DNA from: Polyangiaceae bacterium
GTDB lineage: Bacteria > Myxococcota_A > Polyangia > Polyangiales > Polyangiaceae
DNA length: 64,000 nucleotides
NCBI GenBank assembly: GCA_965222375.1
Contig: CBDCTZ010000014.1
Span: 224,001-288,000 of the forward strand
Reading direction: 5' to 3'
This document shows, piece after piece, positions 19,126-28,633 of this stretch; the first letter of the stretch is position 1; each line of letters opens with the position of its first letter. A program made the translations under genes and the position numbers. A model generated the notes under the pieces. It was not told where the DNA came from and made no database searches. It was given only the letters and a program-made list of their open reading frames with translations.

Positions 19126-20483
19126 TCAGTTCACGGTGTTGCCGCTGGCTCCGGGAAGCGCATTGACCTCGGCGGTCGTACTCGCGGTGGTGTTGCCGCA
19201 GATGACCGGGCCTGTCGAGGTGAACTGGTTGGTGGTCAGGGTCGAGGCATCGCATACGGAGCGAGTTTCGTATTCGATGGCCGGCTCGCTCAGGTTCTTG
19301 AAGATGTTGTTGTCGACGGTCAGCGTGAAGTTGTCCCGCCAGTGCTGGTGAATGCCGCGCTTGGTATTGGCGCAGGTGTTGTCACGGTACACCGTGCCCA
19401 TCCCGTCCTTGTCCAACGTTAGGCAGCGTTCATCGATGTCGTGGAAGTTGTTGTCCAGGACCTGAACGCCGTTGGACTCCTCGATGCGGACCGCGTTTCT
19501 GGTCGTGTGGATTTCGTTACCCACGATGACGACGCCAGTCGGTGCGCCGTCCGCACCGACAACGATCGCGGATCCATCCGAGCCCGAGTTCCAAGAGCCG
19601 CAGCCGGAGCCGTCGTCGAAGCAGAACTGAGAGTTGGCTTGGGAGGCCACGTAGCTGTGGAAGGTGTTGCCTTCGATGATGACGTTGTCAGCGTACTTGA
19701 GACCAATGCCGACTTCGCGGTCCGAATGAAACACGTTGTTGCCGATGAAGATCCCGGAGGGGGGAGATGCCGAGCATCCGTGGCAGGCCTGCAACCCATT
19801 CCCACTATTGTGGTGAATGTCACTGTCGAGGATCCAAACGTTTTTCGTGCCTTGACCAATCTGGATGCCGTGGGCGTCCTCCTGATTGCGCTGGTTGTGG
19901 TGGATCTCGGAGCCGGTCACCACGATTTCCGAACCGCCGATGTTCATGCCGTTCTTGGCCTTGGAGCCAAACACCTCGACGTTGCGGAAGACGATATGGT
20001 GCCCGGATGGGCGCGGCTGCATGGCCTCGAATTTGGTATCGATGAAGTAGCACCAGGAGCCGCTGATCTGGAATACGTCGCCGTTGCCCTTCAGGGTACC
20101 GCCGACGATGAACGCGGGCTGCTGTTCGGTGCCCTGACACTCCATGCTGATGTTGTCGCTGGCGGTTTGGCCTTTGAAGTCGAGTACCGTGCCGGCCTTG
20201 ATGGTCGAGGGCAAAGAGCCCGACTCCGTCGCCGCGCCGGGCTCTCGCTTGTAGTCGAAGGGTACTTCCGGGATCGTGGTCAGGCCTGGCTTGGTGCCGC
20301 CACTGCCGCCTCCACCCGTGGCGGAGCTGCCACCGTTGCCGCCTCCACCGGCTCCGGCGCTGCCACCAGAAGCGGAGCTGCCGCCGCCGCCTCCGATCCG
20401 GGGTTGTCATCCGAGTCTTCCCCGCACGCCGTGAGACTGAGCGAGAGCGCGCAGAGCGCTGCGGCGGTGGCGAGTCTAGTCAT
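19126..20483 (-). pseudogene. Right-handed beta-helix lipoprotein split by a 1-nt frameshift near 20394
   Basis: The signal peptide MTRLAT...LTAC-GEDSDDNPGS is in a different frame from the Gly linker + beta-helix. Adding one G restores a single ORF. Confidence 0.75.
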
Positions 20484-20681
20484 GGGGAGAATGTCGCAAT
20501 TGACGAGATGGTCTGCAACACGACCGTTCACCGTACGAAGCGTGCACGCACCAGCGTCGGTGACGACTCTGACGACGTCACAGCCAGTTGCTGCGCGTCC
20601 ATCTGCTCCAACCGCAACGCGCGCTCCAGCACGAGATTAGGGAGCCAGCGCGCACCAGTGCTCGACCCCCTAAACCCAATC

Positions 20682-22517
20682 TCAACCGAACGCGGCTTCG
20701 GGAATGTCCATGGCGCTGGTGTCGCCGGTGGACAATGCCTGGGCTGCTCCGGGAACGCTCGACAGCGTGTCCTGAGCGAAGAAGCGCGCCGCGCACTTCT
20801 TGCCCTCGTAGAAGGCATAGTCGGCGTCGCCTTCGGACAGTTTCGACTGGGCCTCGAGAGCAATCACGGCTGCGTCGAGCAACAGCCAGCCGATCACGGT
20901 TTGGCTCATCATGTCGAGGAAACGATTGGCGTACAGCGGGATGCGCTGCATTTCGCCGCCACCGAACCAGGCCATGAACTGCATCGCGCCGGCTCCCACG
21001 GCCTCTTGGGCTGCGCCGAGGGCAGCGATGGACGCGCTGAGCTCTGGGTGCGCCTTGTGCTTTTCCACGAAGGCGCCGATGTCGCTGAGCAGGGCCCGGA
21101 AGTTCGCGCCACTGTTTTGCCCCAGCTTGCGGGCGACCAGGTCGAGAGCCTGGATGCCGTTGGTGCCTTCGTAGATGCTGAAGATCTTGGCGTCCCGACA
21201 GTACTGCTCCACGGGGTAGTCCTCGGTGTAGCCCACGCCGCCGTGCACTTGGATTGCGGTTTCAGCGATGCGGAAGGCGCTGTCCGACGAGTACGCTTTG
21301 ATCAGCGGTGTCAGCAGCTCCACCTGGCCGTGGTGGTAGAGGGCCTTTTCGTCATCTTTGCCGGCGAGCACCGTGGCCTGATCGATGTGCCAGGCGGCTT
21401 TGACGATCAGCGCACGAATGCCTTCCACCTGGGCCTTCATGCCGAGCAACATGCGGCGCACGTTGGGGTGCTCGATGATGGGAACGCGAGGAGCCTCGGG
21501 GTCCTTCCAGTTTTGGGTGCTGGCGCCCTGTTTGCGGTCTCGGGCGTAGTCCACGGCGGCAAAGTAGGCCGCGCTCGCGATGCCGAGACCCTGCAGGCCA
21601 ACGCCGATCCGAGCGAAGTTCATCATCTTGAACATCTGGCGGATCCCCTGCTGCTCTTCGGTGCCGCAGAGTTCTCCAATGCACTTTTCGTCGTCGCCGA
21701 ATTGCAGCAGCGCGGTCGACGAGCCGTTGATGCCCATCTTGTGCTCGATGCCCACACACTTGACGTCATTGCTTTCGCCTGTCGTGCCGTCAGGGCTCAC
21801 CTTTTTCTTGGGCACGATGAATAGGGACAGACCCTTGGTGCCTTTGGGTGCCCCCTCGGTACGGGCCAAGACCAGGTGAATGATGTTCTCGGTCATGTCC
21901 TGGTCGCCACCACTGATGAAGAGCTTGGTCCCCGTGATGGTGTAGGTGCCGTCGGCGTTCTTCTTGGCCTTGCTGGCGGCAGCGCCGACGTCGGATCCTG
22001 CTTGGGGCTCCGTCAAGCACATCGTGCCCGCCCACTCGCCGCTGAACATCTTGTGGCAGTAGCGCTCGCGCTGCTCGGGTGTTGCGAAGGCTTCGATCAG
22101 TTCAGCCGCACCCTGAGTCAACCCCGGGTACATATCCAAGGCCGTGTTGGCTCCTGTGGTCAGCTCGCCGGTGAGTGCGACCAGAGTGCGTGGCGCGCCT
22201 TGCCCGCCAAAGTCCGGGGGAATGCCCAGCGTCTTGATGCCGGACTCGTTGAGCTTCTGCCAGGCCTCCTTGAAACCCTTGGGCGCGATGACCTGGCCGT
22301 TTTCCAAGCGGCAGCCCTCTCGATCTCCGACCGCGTTGAGGGGACCGAGGACTTCCGTCGAAAAGCGATACACGCCATCGAGGGTCATCTTGACCTCGTC
22401 CGGCCCCCAGTCTGCGTAGGGCTCCTTGCCGAGCAGGTCTCCAAGGCCAAATTGCTCGAAGAGAACGAAGTTCAGCTCTCGAAGGTCGGCTTTGTAGCGG
22501 TTCTGAGGCTGGGACAT
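20682..22517 (-). CDS. Acyl-CoA dehydrogenase (long, DmdC/FadE5-like)
   Basis: TMCLTEPQAGSDVG, GTKLFISGG, EHKMGING, QVHGGVGY and IYEGTNGIQALDL. Confidence 0.95.
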   Translation of the reverse strand: MSQPQNRYKADLRELNFVLFEQFGLGDLLGKEPYADWGPDEVKMTLDGVYRFSTEVLGPLNAVGDREGCRLENGQVIAPKGFKEAWQKLNESGIKTLGIPPDFGGQGAPRTLVALTGELTTGANTALDMYPGLTQGAAELIEAFATPEQRERYCHKMFSGEWAGTMCLTEPQAGSDVGAAASKAKKNADGTYTITGTKLFISGGDQDMTENIIHLVLARTEGAPKGTKGLSLFIVPKKKVSPDGTTGESNDVKCVGIEHKMGINGSSTALLQFGDDEKCIGELCGTEEQQGIRQMFKMMNFARIGVGLQGLGIASAAYFAAVDYARDRKQGASTQNWKDPEAPRVPIIEHPNVRRMLLGMKAQVEGIRALIVKAAWHIDQATVLAGKDDEKALYHHGQVELLTPLIKAYSSDSAFRIAETAIQVHGGVGYTEDYPVEQYCRDAKIFSIYEGTNGIQALDLVARKLGQNSGANFRALLSDIGAFVEKHKAHPELSASIAALGAAQEAVGAGAMQFMAWFGGGEMQRIPLYANRFLDMMSQTVIGWLLLDAAVIALEAQSKLSEGDADYAFYEGKKCAARFFAQDTLSSVPGAAQALSTGDTSAMDIPEAAFG

Positions 22518-22581
22518 GGCGTGTGTGCTCCTTTTTCCCCCTCGGAGACCGTCGACAATCTGTGCATGCCGCCGAATGGCG

Positions 22582-22596
22582 CAATGCGTCGCATTG
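22582..22596. promoter_or_regulatory. Palindromic operator CAATGCG-T-CGCATTG upstream of the acyl-CoA dehydrogenase
   Basis: Perfect 7-1-7 dyad with a TGC-N3-GCA core and further TGC motifs nearby. Confidence 0.45.
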
Positions 22597-22677
22597 TCAA
22601 TTTGACGCACGGCAGCATCGGTCGCAACAGCAATATTTGCGGGATTTTGTTCGTCCTCGGCGCTGAAACCCCCAAAT

Positions 22678-24696
22678 TCATGGGATTACGAAGGCGAGCC
22701 AATCCAACGCCTGGGCAGCGACGAGGGAAGCGGCTGCTTCCTTGGGGCCGACGACGCGACCTCCGGGCGACAGCTCGGTGATGCTCGTGAGCGCTTCGCC
22801 CACCGATAGCCCCCGGGCGGCGAGCTTCGTGGTGTGGCGCAGAGAGGCCGGTGCGCTGCCCAGTTCGTCCTCGCCTCGCGTGAGTTGGTGGCGCGGGCCG
22901 GGCGCGAGAAGCGCACGATCGGGCGGGAGTAGACTGCGCGGGTCACCGTCGCTGATCACGATGGCGCCGGCCATCATTGGACTCGCCAGATCGAGGTCCA
23001 GAGGAAACTCGACCCGAGTCGGCTCTGGGCCACGGTAGAACATGGCGCGCCCCGCCTTCCAACTGCAGCTGGTGGCGACGCGATCGCGACCCTGATCGCG
23101 GATCGCCCGGAACACATTGACGGCTTCGACATAGCCCAGACTGACCAGGGTGTCGCCCAAGCGACCGCACGAGCGGCTAATCACGGCGAGAGCGCTTTCC
23201 AGCTGATCGCGCTGCAGCTGTCCGCGCCGGATCAAGTATTCTCCCAGCAGTTCCAATCGGTCGGAGGACGCAACATGGATCAGCCGCCCCTTACGTAGGT
23301 AGAGCTCTTTGCGCTGGGGTCCCTCGTCACTGCCCTTGTGTTCCAAGAACAGGCAGCCGGACTCGCTCTTGTGCCGCATGCGGGCCAACACCTCGAGCAT
23401 GGGGGTGTCTTCGAGCAATGCTTGGTAGTCCGGAGCTCCGGGCGAGAAGAGCTGGCTGGTCGTGGCGGTGGAAGATGGCGGCAGGTGGCGTGCAAGCTCC
23501 TCGATGTCTTCGATGAACCTCGGCTCGGCGTCCCAGAGCTTGACCGTGTCATCTCCGTCCAGTTCGCCGGTGGCGATCATCTCCAGCAGCCGCGAGAAAG
23601 TGACGGCGGTGGATTCCGAGCTGCCGGAGCGGGTCACGAAGGCTTCGGCTCCGACGGCGGGAAGCTTGGGCTGGCTACTGCTGCTGCCCCCGGCGCGTAC
23701 GCGCACCGCATGCATCCGCTGCACGGAATCCCGGACCTTTACCTGCACGCGTTCGGCCAATTCCTTGGAGTTCTTCGCGAAGGAAACCAGAGTTGCCAGC
23801 TGCGCCTGCAGTGAAACGGAATCCGAGCCTTCGAAAGGACGGAGCGCCTCAGATAGGGATGCGGCGTCGGCGAATCGCGCGTCAGGGTCCCGCGCCAGGG
23901 CGCGTTGACACAACTCGAACAGCCCCTTTGGCAGGGTGTGCTTGCGACGCTCCAAAGGTTCGACGTTCACATCGCGAATAGCCAAGAGCACCGCGAGTTG
24001 CCCGCTGCCCGGAAATACCCGCGCCCCGATCAGCAGCTCACCCAACATGGCAGCTAGGGCGAACAGATCGGCACGATGGTCGAAGGGCTCGCCGGCGATC
24101 TGCTCCGGGGACAGGTACGCAAACTTGCCCTTGAGCCCAGGTTGATGGGACGGCGCGCGCACGTGCTCAGCGACGCGGGCTATTCCAAAATCCCCGAGCT
24201 TTACCTCGCCCGCGATGGATAGGTAGATGTTGGACGGCGTGACGTCACGGTGCACGATCTCGAGCAAGTTGCCGGTCGCGTCTCGAGCGCCGTGAACCGC
24301 GCTGAGAGCCGAAGCGACTTTGCGAACGATGTGAACCGCGAGAGGGGCGGACATGCGTTGGTTTTCGGATTCCGACACACGCAACAGGCGGTACAGGTCG
24401 ACGCCGTCGACGTATTCCATTGCGAGGTAGGGCTCGTCGCCGACGATGCCCGCGCCGAAGACCTCGACCACGCACGGGTGGCTCACCCAACGGTGCAAGG
24501 CGGCCTCGCGTTCGAGTAGATCCAGCTGTTGGGACTCGCGCGCGGCGTCGAGGAGCCGCTTGACCACGAGCCTGGGCGCTGGCGAGTCGCCCTCCCGAGG
24601 TCGGGCCAAGTACACATCTGCGCTACCCCCAACGGCGAGGCGCCGTTCGAGCACGAACGGACCGAATGGGATTTCGCGCAACGGGTCCCGGGGCAC
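22678..24696 (-). CDS. Ser/Thr protein kinase with a C-terminal DUF4388-like domain
   Basis: HRDVTPSN, DFG, YLSPE and DLFALA motifs. C-terminal LGEYLIRRG...RLGDTLV. Confidence 0.92.
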   Translation of the reverse strand: MPRDPLREIPFGPFVLERRLAVGGSADVYLARPREGDSPAPRLVVKRLLDAARESQQLDLLEREAALHRWVSHPCVVEVFGAGIVGDEPYLAMEYVDGVDLYRLLRVSESENQRMSAPLAVHIVRKVASALSAVHGARDATGNLLEIVHRDVTPSNIYLSIAGEVKLGDFGIARVAEHVRAPSHQPGLKGKFAYLSPEQIAGEPFDHRADLFALAAMLGELLIGARVFPGSGQLAVLLAIRDVNVEPLERRKHTLPKGLFELCQRALARDPDARFADAASLSEALRPFEGSDSVSLQAQLATLVSFAKNSKELAERVQVKVRDSVQRMHAVRVRAGGSSSSQPKLPAVGAEAFVTRSGSSESTAVTFSRLLEMIATGELDGDDTVKLWDAEPRFIEDIEELARHLPPSSTATTSQLFSPGAPDYQALLEDTPMLEVLARMRHKSESGCLFLEHKGSDEGPQRKELYLRKGRLIHVASSDRLELLGEYLIRRGQLQRDQLESALAVISRSCGRLGDTLVSLGYVEAVNVFRAIRDQGRDRVATSCSWKAGRAMFYRGPEPTRVEFPLDLDLASPMMAGAIVISDGDPRSLLPPDRALLAPGPRHQLTRGEDELGSAPASLRHTTKLAARGLSVGEALTSITELSPGGRVVGPKEAAASLVAAQALDWLAFVIP

Positions 24697-24786
24697 CGCC
24701 CGGGATTATTCCAGGATGCGACAAAAGCTGCGAGGAGGGCTTGCGATCTGGCGCGTTTTCGCCCACTTCAGTAGGGACTTTTCGCC

Positions 24787-26397
24787 ATGACTTTCCGACC
24801 GGTCGCTAGGGGGTGGCTGTTGGGGCTTCTTGCCGCCGCGCTGGCGACCCTTTGTCTTGCTGCAAGCTGTCAGAAAAACAGCCCACCCCCCACGACGCCA
24901 GAGCCGAAACCGTCGCTGCGGATCTGGTTGGTATCGACCCTGGCGGGAGCCCTCGAACCCTGCGGCTGTCGCAAGGACATGCTCGGTGGTGTGGATCATG
25001 CGGCGGCACTGACTCGAGGGAATGCCGCCAAGGCGCAGCTGTTTCTCGGTGCAGGCCCCTTGTTCTTCATGAACCCCAGGCTGGACGAGCAGGCCAAAAC
25101 CCAGGACCTCTGGAAGGCCGAAGCACTAGCGGACTCCCTGAACTCGATGTCATTGGCGGCTTGGGCCCCGGGTGCCAACGATTGGGCTGCCGGCAAGGAC
25201 TCCCTTGCCGCCCTTGCCAAGCGCTCCGGTGCTCGCCCTTTGGCGGCCAATCTTCAAGGGGGCGCCGCGGAGCCGGTGCGCGTGGTCGACGCGGGTGGCC
25301 TCAAGGTGGGGATTGCTGGCATCAGCGCTCCTCTCGTTTCCGGCGCTGCGCCTGAAGGGGTGACGGTCAAGGACGCGGCTGCAGCGTTGAAGAAGGCCAA
25401 GAGCCAACTGGACAAGCGGGGCGCCCAAGTACGCATTGCGCTGCTGTCCCTGAAACGGGGCCAAGCGCTTCGCCTGATGGAGGACGTCACGGGCTTTCAC
25501 CTGGCGCTGATCGGCAAACCCTTCGACCGAGGCGAGGCCAACGACGCGCCGACCCCACCCGTGCTAATTGGCCCCACTCTCGTGGTGGAGGCGCCCAACC
25601 ATCTCCAAGCCTTGGCTCGGGTCGACTTCTACATGCGGGATGGCAGCACGGACTTCCGAGATGGCACGGGTGTCGCTGTTGCTGAGCGTCGCACCCGCCT
25701 CGCGAGCCGACTGCGAGAGCTCTCGGATCGCATCGCGGCTTGGGAGAAGTTGGGTAGCGTCAACGCGGCGGATCTCAAGGCTCGGAAGAAAGAGCGAGAC
25801 GCCGTGCGAAAGGAGTTGGAGGGCCTGAAAGAGCCCGCTCCGCCCAAGAGTGGCAGCTATTTTCGCTACGCGCTGCAAGAAGTGAAACAGAGCTCCGGAA
25901 ACGACGCGAAGGTAGCGAAGAAACTGCTTTCCTACTTCAAGCGGGTCAACGAGCACAATCGCAAGGCCTTCAAGGATCGCGTTCCGCCGGAAGTGCCCGA
26001 AGGCAAGAGCCGCTACCTCGGCGTTCAGAGTTGCGCCGCATGCCACGCGGAGGAGGTCACGTTCTGGCGCAAGACGGGGCACTCCCGGGCCTATGCAACC
26101 CTGGAGAAGGAGCACAAGCAGTTCAATCTGGACTGCGTGAGTTGCCACGTGACCGGCTACGAAAAGCCCGGCGGTTCGACGGTGACTCACGTGAAGACGC
26201 TGAAGAACGTCGGTTGTGAGAACTGCCATGGCCCCGGGGCCCGGCATGTGGACGACCCGCAGAACAAATCCCTGATCACCCTGAAGCCCGACAAGGCGCT
26301 ATGCGCTTCCGAGTGCCACCACCCGCCCCATGTAGCCAAGACCTGGAGCGTGGACAGTGCCTGGAAGAACATCATCGGTCCGGGCCACGGCGGTTGA
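24787..26397 (+). CDS. Lipoprotein: 5'-nucleotidase/UshA-like domain fused to a multiheme cytochrome c (c554-like)
   Basis: Lipobox LAASC, GALEPCGC...GG, and heme motifs CAACH, CVSCH, CENCH and CASECH. Confidence 0.85.
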   Translation: MTFRPVARGWLLGLLAAALATLCLAASCQKNSPPPTTPEPKPSLRIWLVSTLAGALEPCGCRKDMLGGVDHAAALTRGNAAKAQLFLGAGPLFFMNPRLDEQAKTQDLWKAEALADSLNSMSLAAWAPGANDWAAGKDSLAALAKRSGARPLAANLQGGAAEPVRVVDAGGLKVGIAGISAPLVSGAAPEGVTVKDAAAALKKAKSQLDKRGAQVRIALLSLKRGQALRLMEDVTGFHLALIGKPFDRGEANDAPTPPVLIGPTLVVEAPNHLQALARVDFYMRDGSTDFRDGTGVAVAERRTRLASRLRELSDRIAAWEKLGSVNAADLKARKKERDAVRKELEGLKEPAPPKSGSYFRYALQEVKQSSGNDAKVAKKLLSYFKRVNEHNRKAFKDRVPPEVPEGKSRYLGVQSCAACHAEEVTFWRKTGHSRAYATLEKEHKQFNLDCVSCHVTGYEKPGGSTVTHVKTLKNVGCENCHGPGARHVDDPQNKSLITLKPDKALCASECHHPPHVAKTWSVDSAWKNIIGPGHGG

Positions 26398-26559
26398 GCC
26401 AACTCGGCGCGCTCCCGATTCAGTCGCCCGAGCGGGTAGTTGACGGTACGAAAACCTACGTTCCGCTGGCAGGCGGCGACGCAGAGTGCGATTGCTGCGG
26501 CGCTGACACGTCAATACATGCAAGCCATGCGTCTCGAGTGAGGCAATGGTTGCGCGCTC

Positions 26560-27654
26560 TTAGCGCGCCTCGGGTTTTCTGATCACGTAGAAGAAGTCTC
26601 GCGGCTCGGCGCGATGAATGTAGCCGCGCTTGCGGTGCTCCATCTTGGGCACCAGAGTCGACGTGACCTGTAGCGGAGCGTCCGCCTTGGGCTTGCCGAA
26701 GATCAGGAAGCGGGTCCAATAGTAGTTGATATCGAGCTGGGCCGCGTGGTGAGCGCCCGCCGTCTTCAACCCGAGGGCCAACTCCTTGGGGCCTGTCTCG
26801 TCGCCGAATCCGTAGAACAGGATGCGACCCGTCTTGTCCAAAGCGATCGCTGAGCGCCGCCGGGTTTTCCGCTTGGGGTCTTGACCGCCCCAACGTCGCT
26901 CGTTGCGTCTTGCAAGGTCGGGGTGAAGTTGACCCTCTTCGAGGATGCACGCTGGTGCCTGGCGCCAGGCATGCATCTGGTCCACATCGCCCTCCAACGC
27001 CGGCCAGGAGCGCAATCGAACGCGCCCGTCCTTGTAGAACGCGATTGTGCAACCGTCGGGTCGCGGCGGAAGAAAGACGCGCCCATCTTTCATCATGCCG
27101 TAGCGACCGTGCCGTGCCTGCCAGCTTCCGTTGAAGGCTGCTAGAATGTGCTCGCGCTCCGCCTGGGGTACGAGTCCGGAGCGTTGCTCCTTTGGAACCG
27201 CATCGGACTTGGGCTCGTCGACGCCTGCCACGATGTTGGCTCGGGCGCGGTCCAGGTCCATCGCAACGATGGTGACCTTCTTCCACTTGCTGACCTTGTG
27301 CGGGCGTACGACAGTTCGGTACAGAAGGTGTGGCTTGACCGCGGCGTTTTCGCGACGCTTCGCTGCCCCAAGTGGTTGCCATTCGCCGTCACCGGGTTGC
27401 GCGGATCGTTTATGGGGGGGGGTGAAGTTCGGGGGTGGGAACGCAGCTTTGGGAGAACCAGCGTCCGGGGCAGGCGCGTCCGTGCCCGCATCGCTCCCCT
27501 GGGGCGCAGAATGCGGAGCACTGGCGGTCGGAGTCGGCGCACGAGGCCGAGCGCTTGCCGACTCGTGGCTCTCGGGTGAATTGGTGTGAGCGGCGCAGGC
27601 GCTAGTGAGTCCCAATGCTCCGCCCAAAACTCGGCGACCCCATCGCTTCAGCAT
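26560..27654 (-). CDS. Lipoprotein, phosphodiester glycosidase (NAGPA)-like
   Basis: Lipobox TSAC, AAFNG, TRRRSAIA and AAQLDIN motifs. Confidence 0.6.
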   Translation of the reverse strand: MLKRWGRRVLGGALGLTSACAAHTNSPESHESASARPRAPTPTASAPHSAPQGSDAGTDAPAPDAGSPKAAFPPPNFTPPHKRSAQPGDGEWQPLGAAKRRENAAVKPHLLYRTVVRPHKVSKWKKVTIVAMDLDRARANIVAGVDEPKSDAVPKEQRSGLVPQAEREHILAAFNGSWQARHGRYGMMKDGRVFLPPRPDGCTIAFYKDGRVRLRSWPALEGDVDQMHAWRQAPACILEEGQLHPDLARRNERRWGGQDPKRKTRRRSAIALDKTGRILFYGFGDETGPKELALGLKTAGAHHAAQLDINYYWTRFLIFGKPKADAPLQVTSTLVPKMEHRKRGYIHRAEPRDFFYVIRKPEAR

Positions 27655-27854
27655 TGGTGCAAGTTTAGCGGATGGCCCCGGGCTTGCCGAAATTCGGGCG
27701 GCATTGCGGCGACGCCTCTTGAATCGCAGCCGTGCACAGACTGAGGACAGGACCGGTTGATGGACGGCCATTGACGCCTGTTATTCACTATGCGACCGGT
27801 TTTTCGAATCGTTCGTGGAGGCACCCGTCTCACGAGCAGGGAGGCATCGAAACC

Positions 27855-28544
27855 ATGATTCGACATATTACGGCTCTTTCCACATTGCTTGCGGTTGGTG
27901 GACTTGTGACTGGCTGCGTCGTGCATCAGCGCGCGCCCAATGATCCCCCACCCCCAGCGGTGGCACCGGCTCCAGCCCCGACTGCGGCCCCCGCCCCGGC
28001 TCCCACTGCGGCTCCCGCGCCCGCGCCCGCGCCCACGGACGAGATTGCGGTGGATCCGGAGGATCCCCCTCCAGTTGCGACACCTCTTCCGCCCCAAGAG
28101 ACCGTGGAAGCGCCTCCTCCCACTCCCGGTCTGGCCGAGAGACTACCCGACGGCGTTGGTGATGGTCGTCCCAAGGGAATCGAGCCCGGAGCGCCCGTGG
28201 CCTATTGGATCTGGCGCAACAAGGCCGGGATCTGGAAGCTCCGCACCACGACCGCGAAGAAGCTGCATCAGTTCCGCGGCCGGGTGAAGGGCCTGAAGCA
28301 CGCCATAAAGAAGGTGCGTCCCTCGCGCCAGGAGTTCGGCGATCGCATGGCGAAGGGTACGGGCGGCGAAGTGTTCTTCCGCTTCCACACCAAGGGCCAC
28401 GTCGATGGCTTCGACTTCAAGGTGCCCGGCTGCGTGCGCTTCGACCTGCAGCTGGACAAGGGGCCCGCGCAGAAGCGGGTCTTCATCGGCAAGACCTCGA
28501 TGAAGCCAAAGAACAATCACTTCGTGCTCTGCCCAGGTAAGTAA
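27855..28544 (+). CDS. Pro/Ala-rich lipoprotein with a basic beta domain
   Basis: Lipobox VTGC, PA repeats, GGAGG upstream. Confidence 0.8.
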   Translation: MIRHITALSTLLAVGGLVTGCVVHQRAPNDPPPPAVAPAPAPTAAPAPAPTAAPAPAPAPTDEIAVDPEDPPPVATPLPPQETVEAPPPTPGLAERLPDGVGDGRPKGIEPGAPVAYWIWRNKAGIWKLRTTTAKKLHQFRGRVKGLKHAIKKVRPSRQEFGDRMAKGTGGEVFFRFHTKGHVDGFDFKVPGCVRFDLQLDKGPAQKRVFIGKTSMKPKNNHFVLCPGK

Positions 28545-28560
28545 CGGCTCTAAGCCGAGA

Positions 28561-28597
28561 AAACGGCGCGACCGCGTTTGAACGCGGCGCGCCGTTT
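28561..28597. terminator. Hairpin between convergent genes (likely terminator)
   Basis: AAACGGCGCG-A-CCGCGTT pairs with AACGCGG-CGCGCCGTTT. Confidence 0.6.
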
Positions 28598-28633
28598 CCA
28601 ATTTTGTCTGCTGGACAGCTGCGGAAAGCAGTT

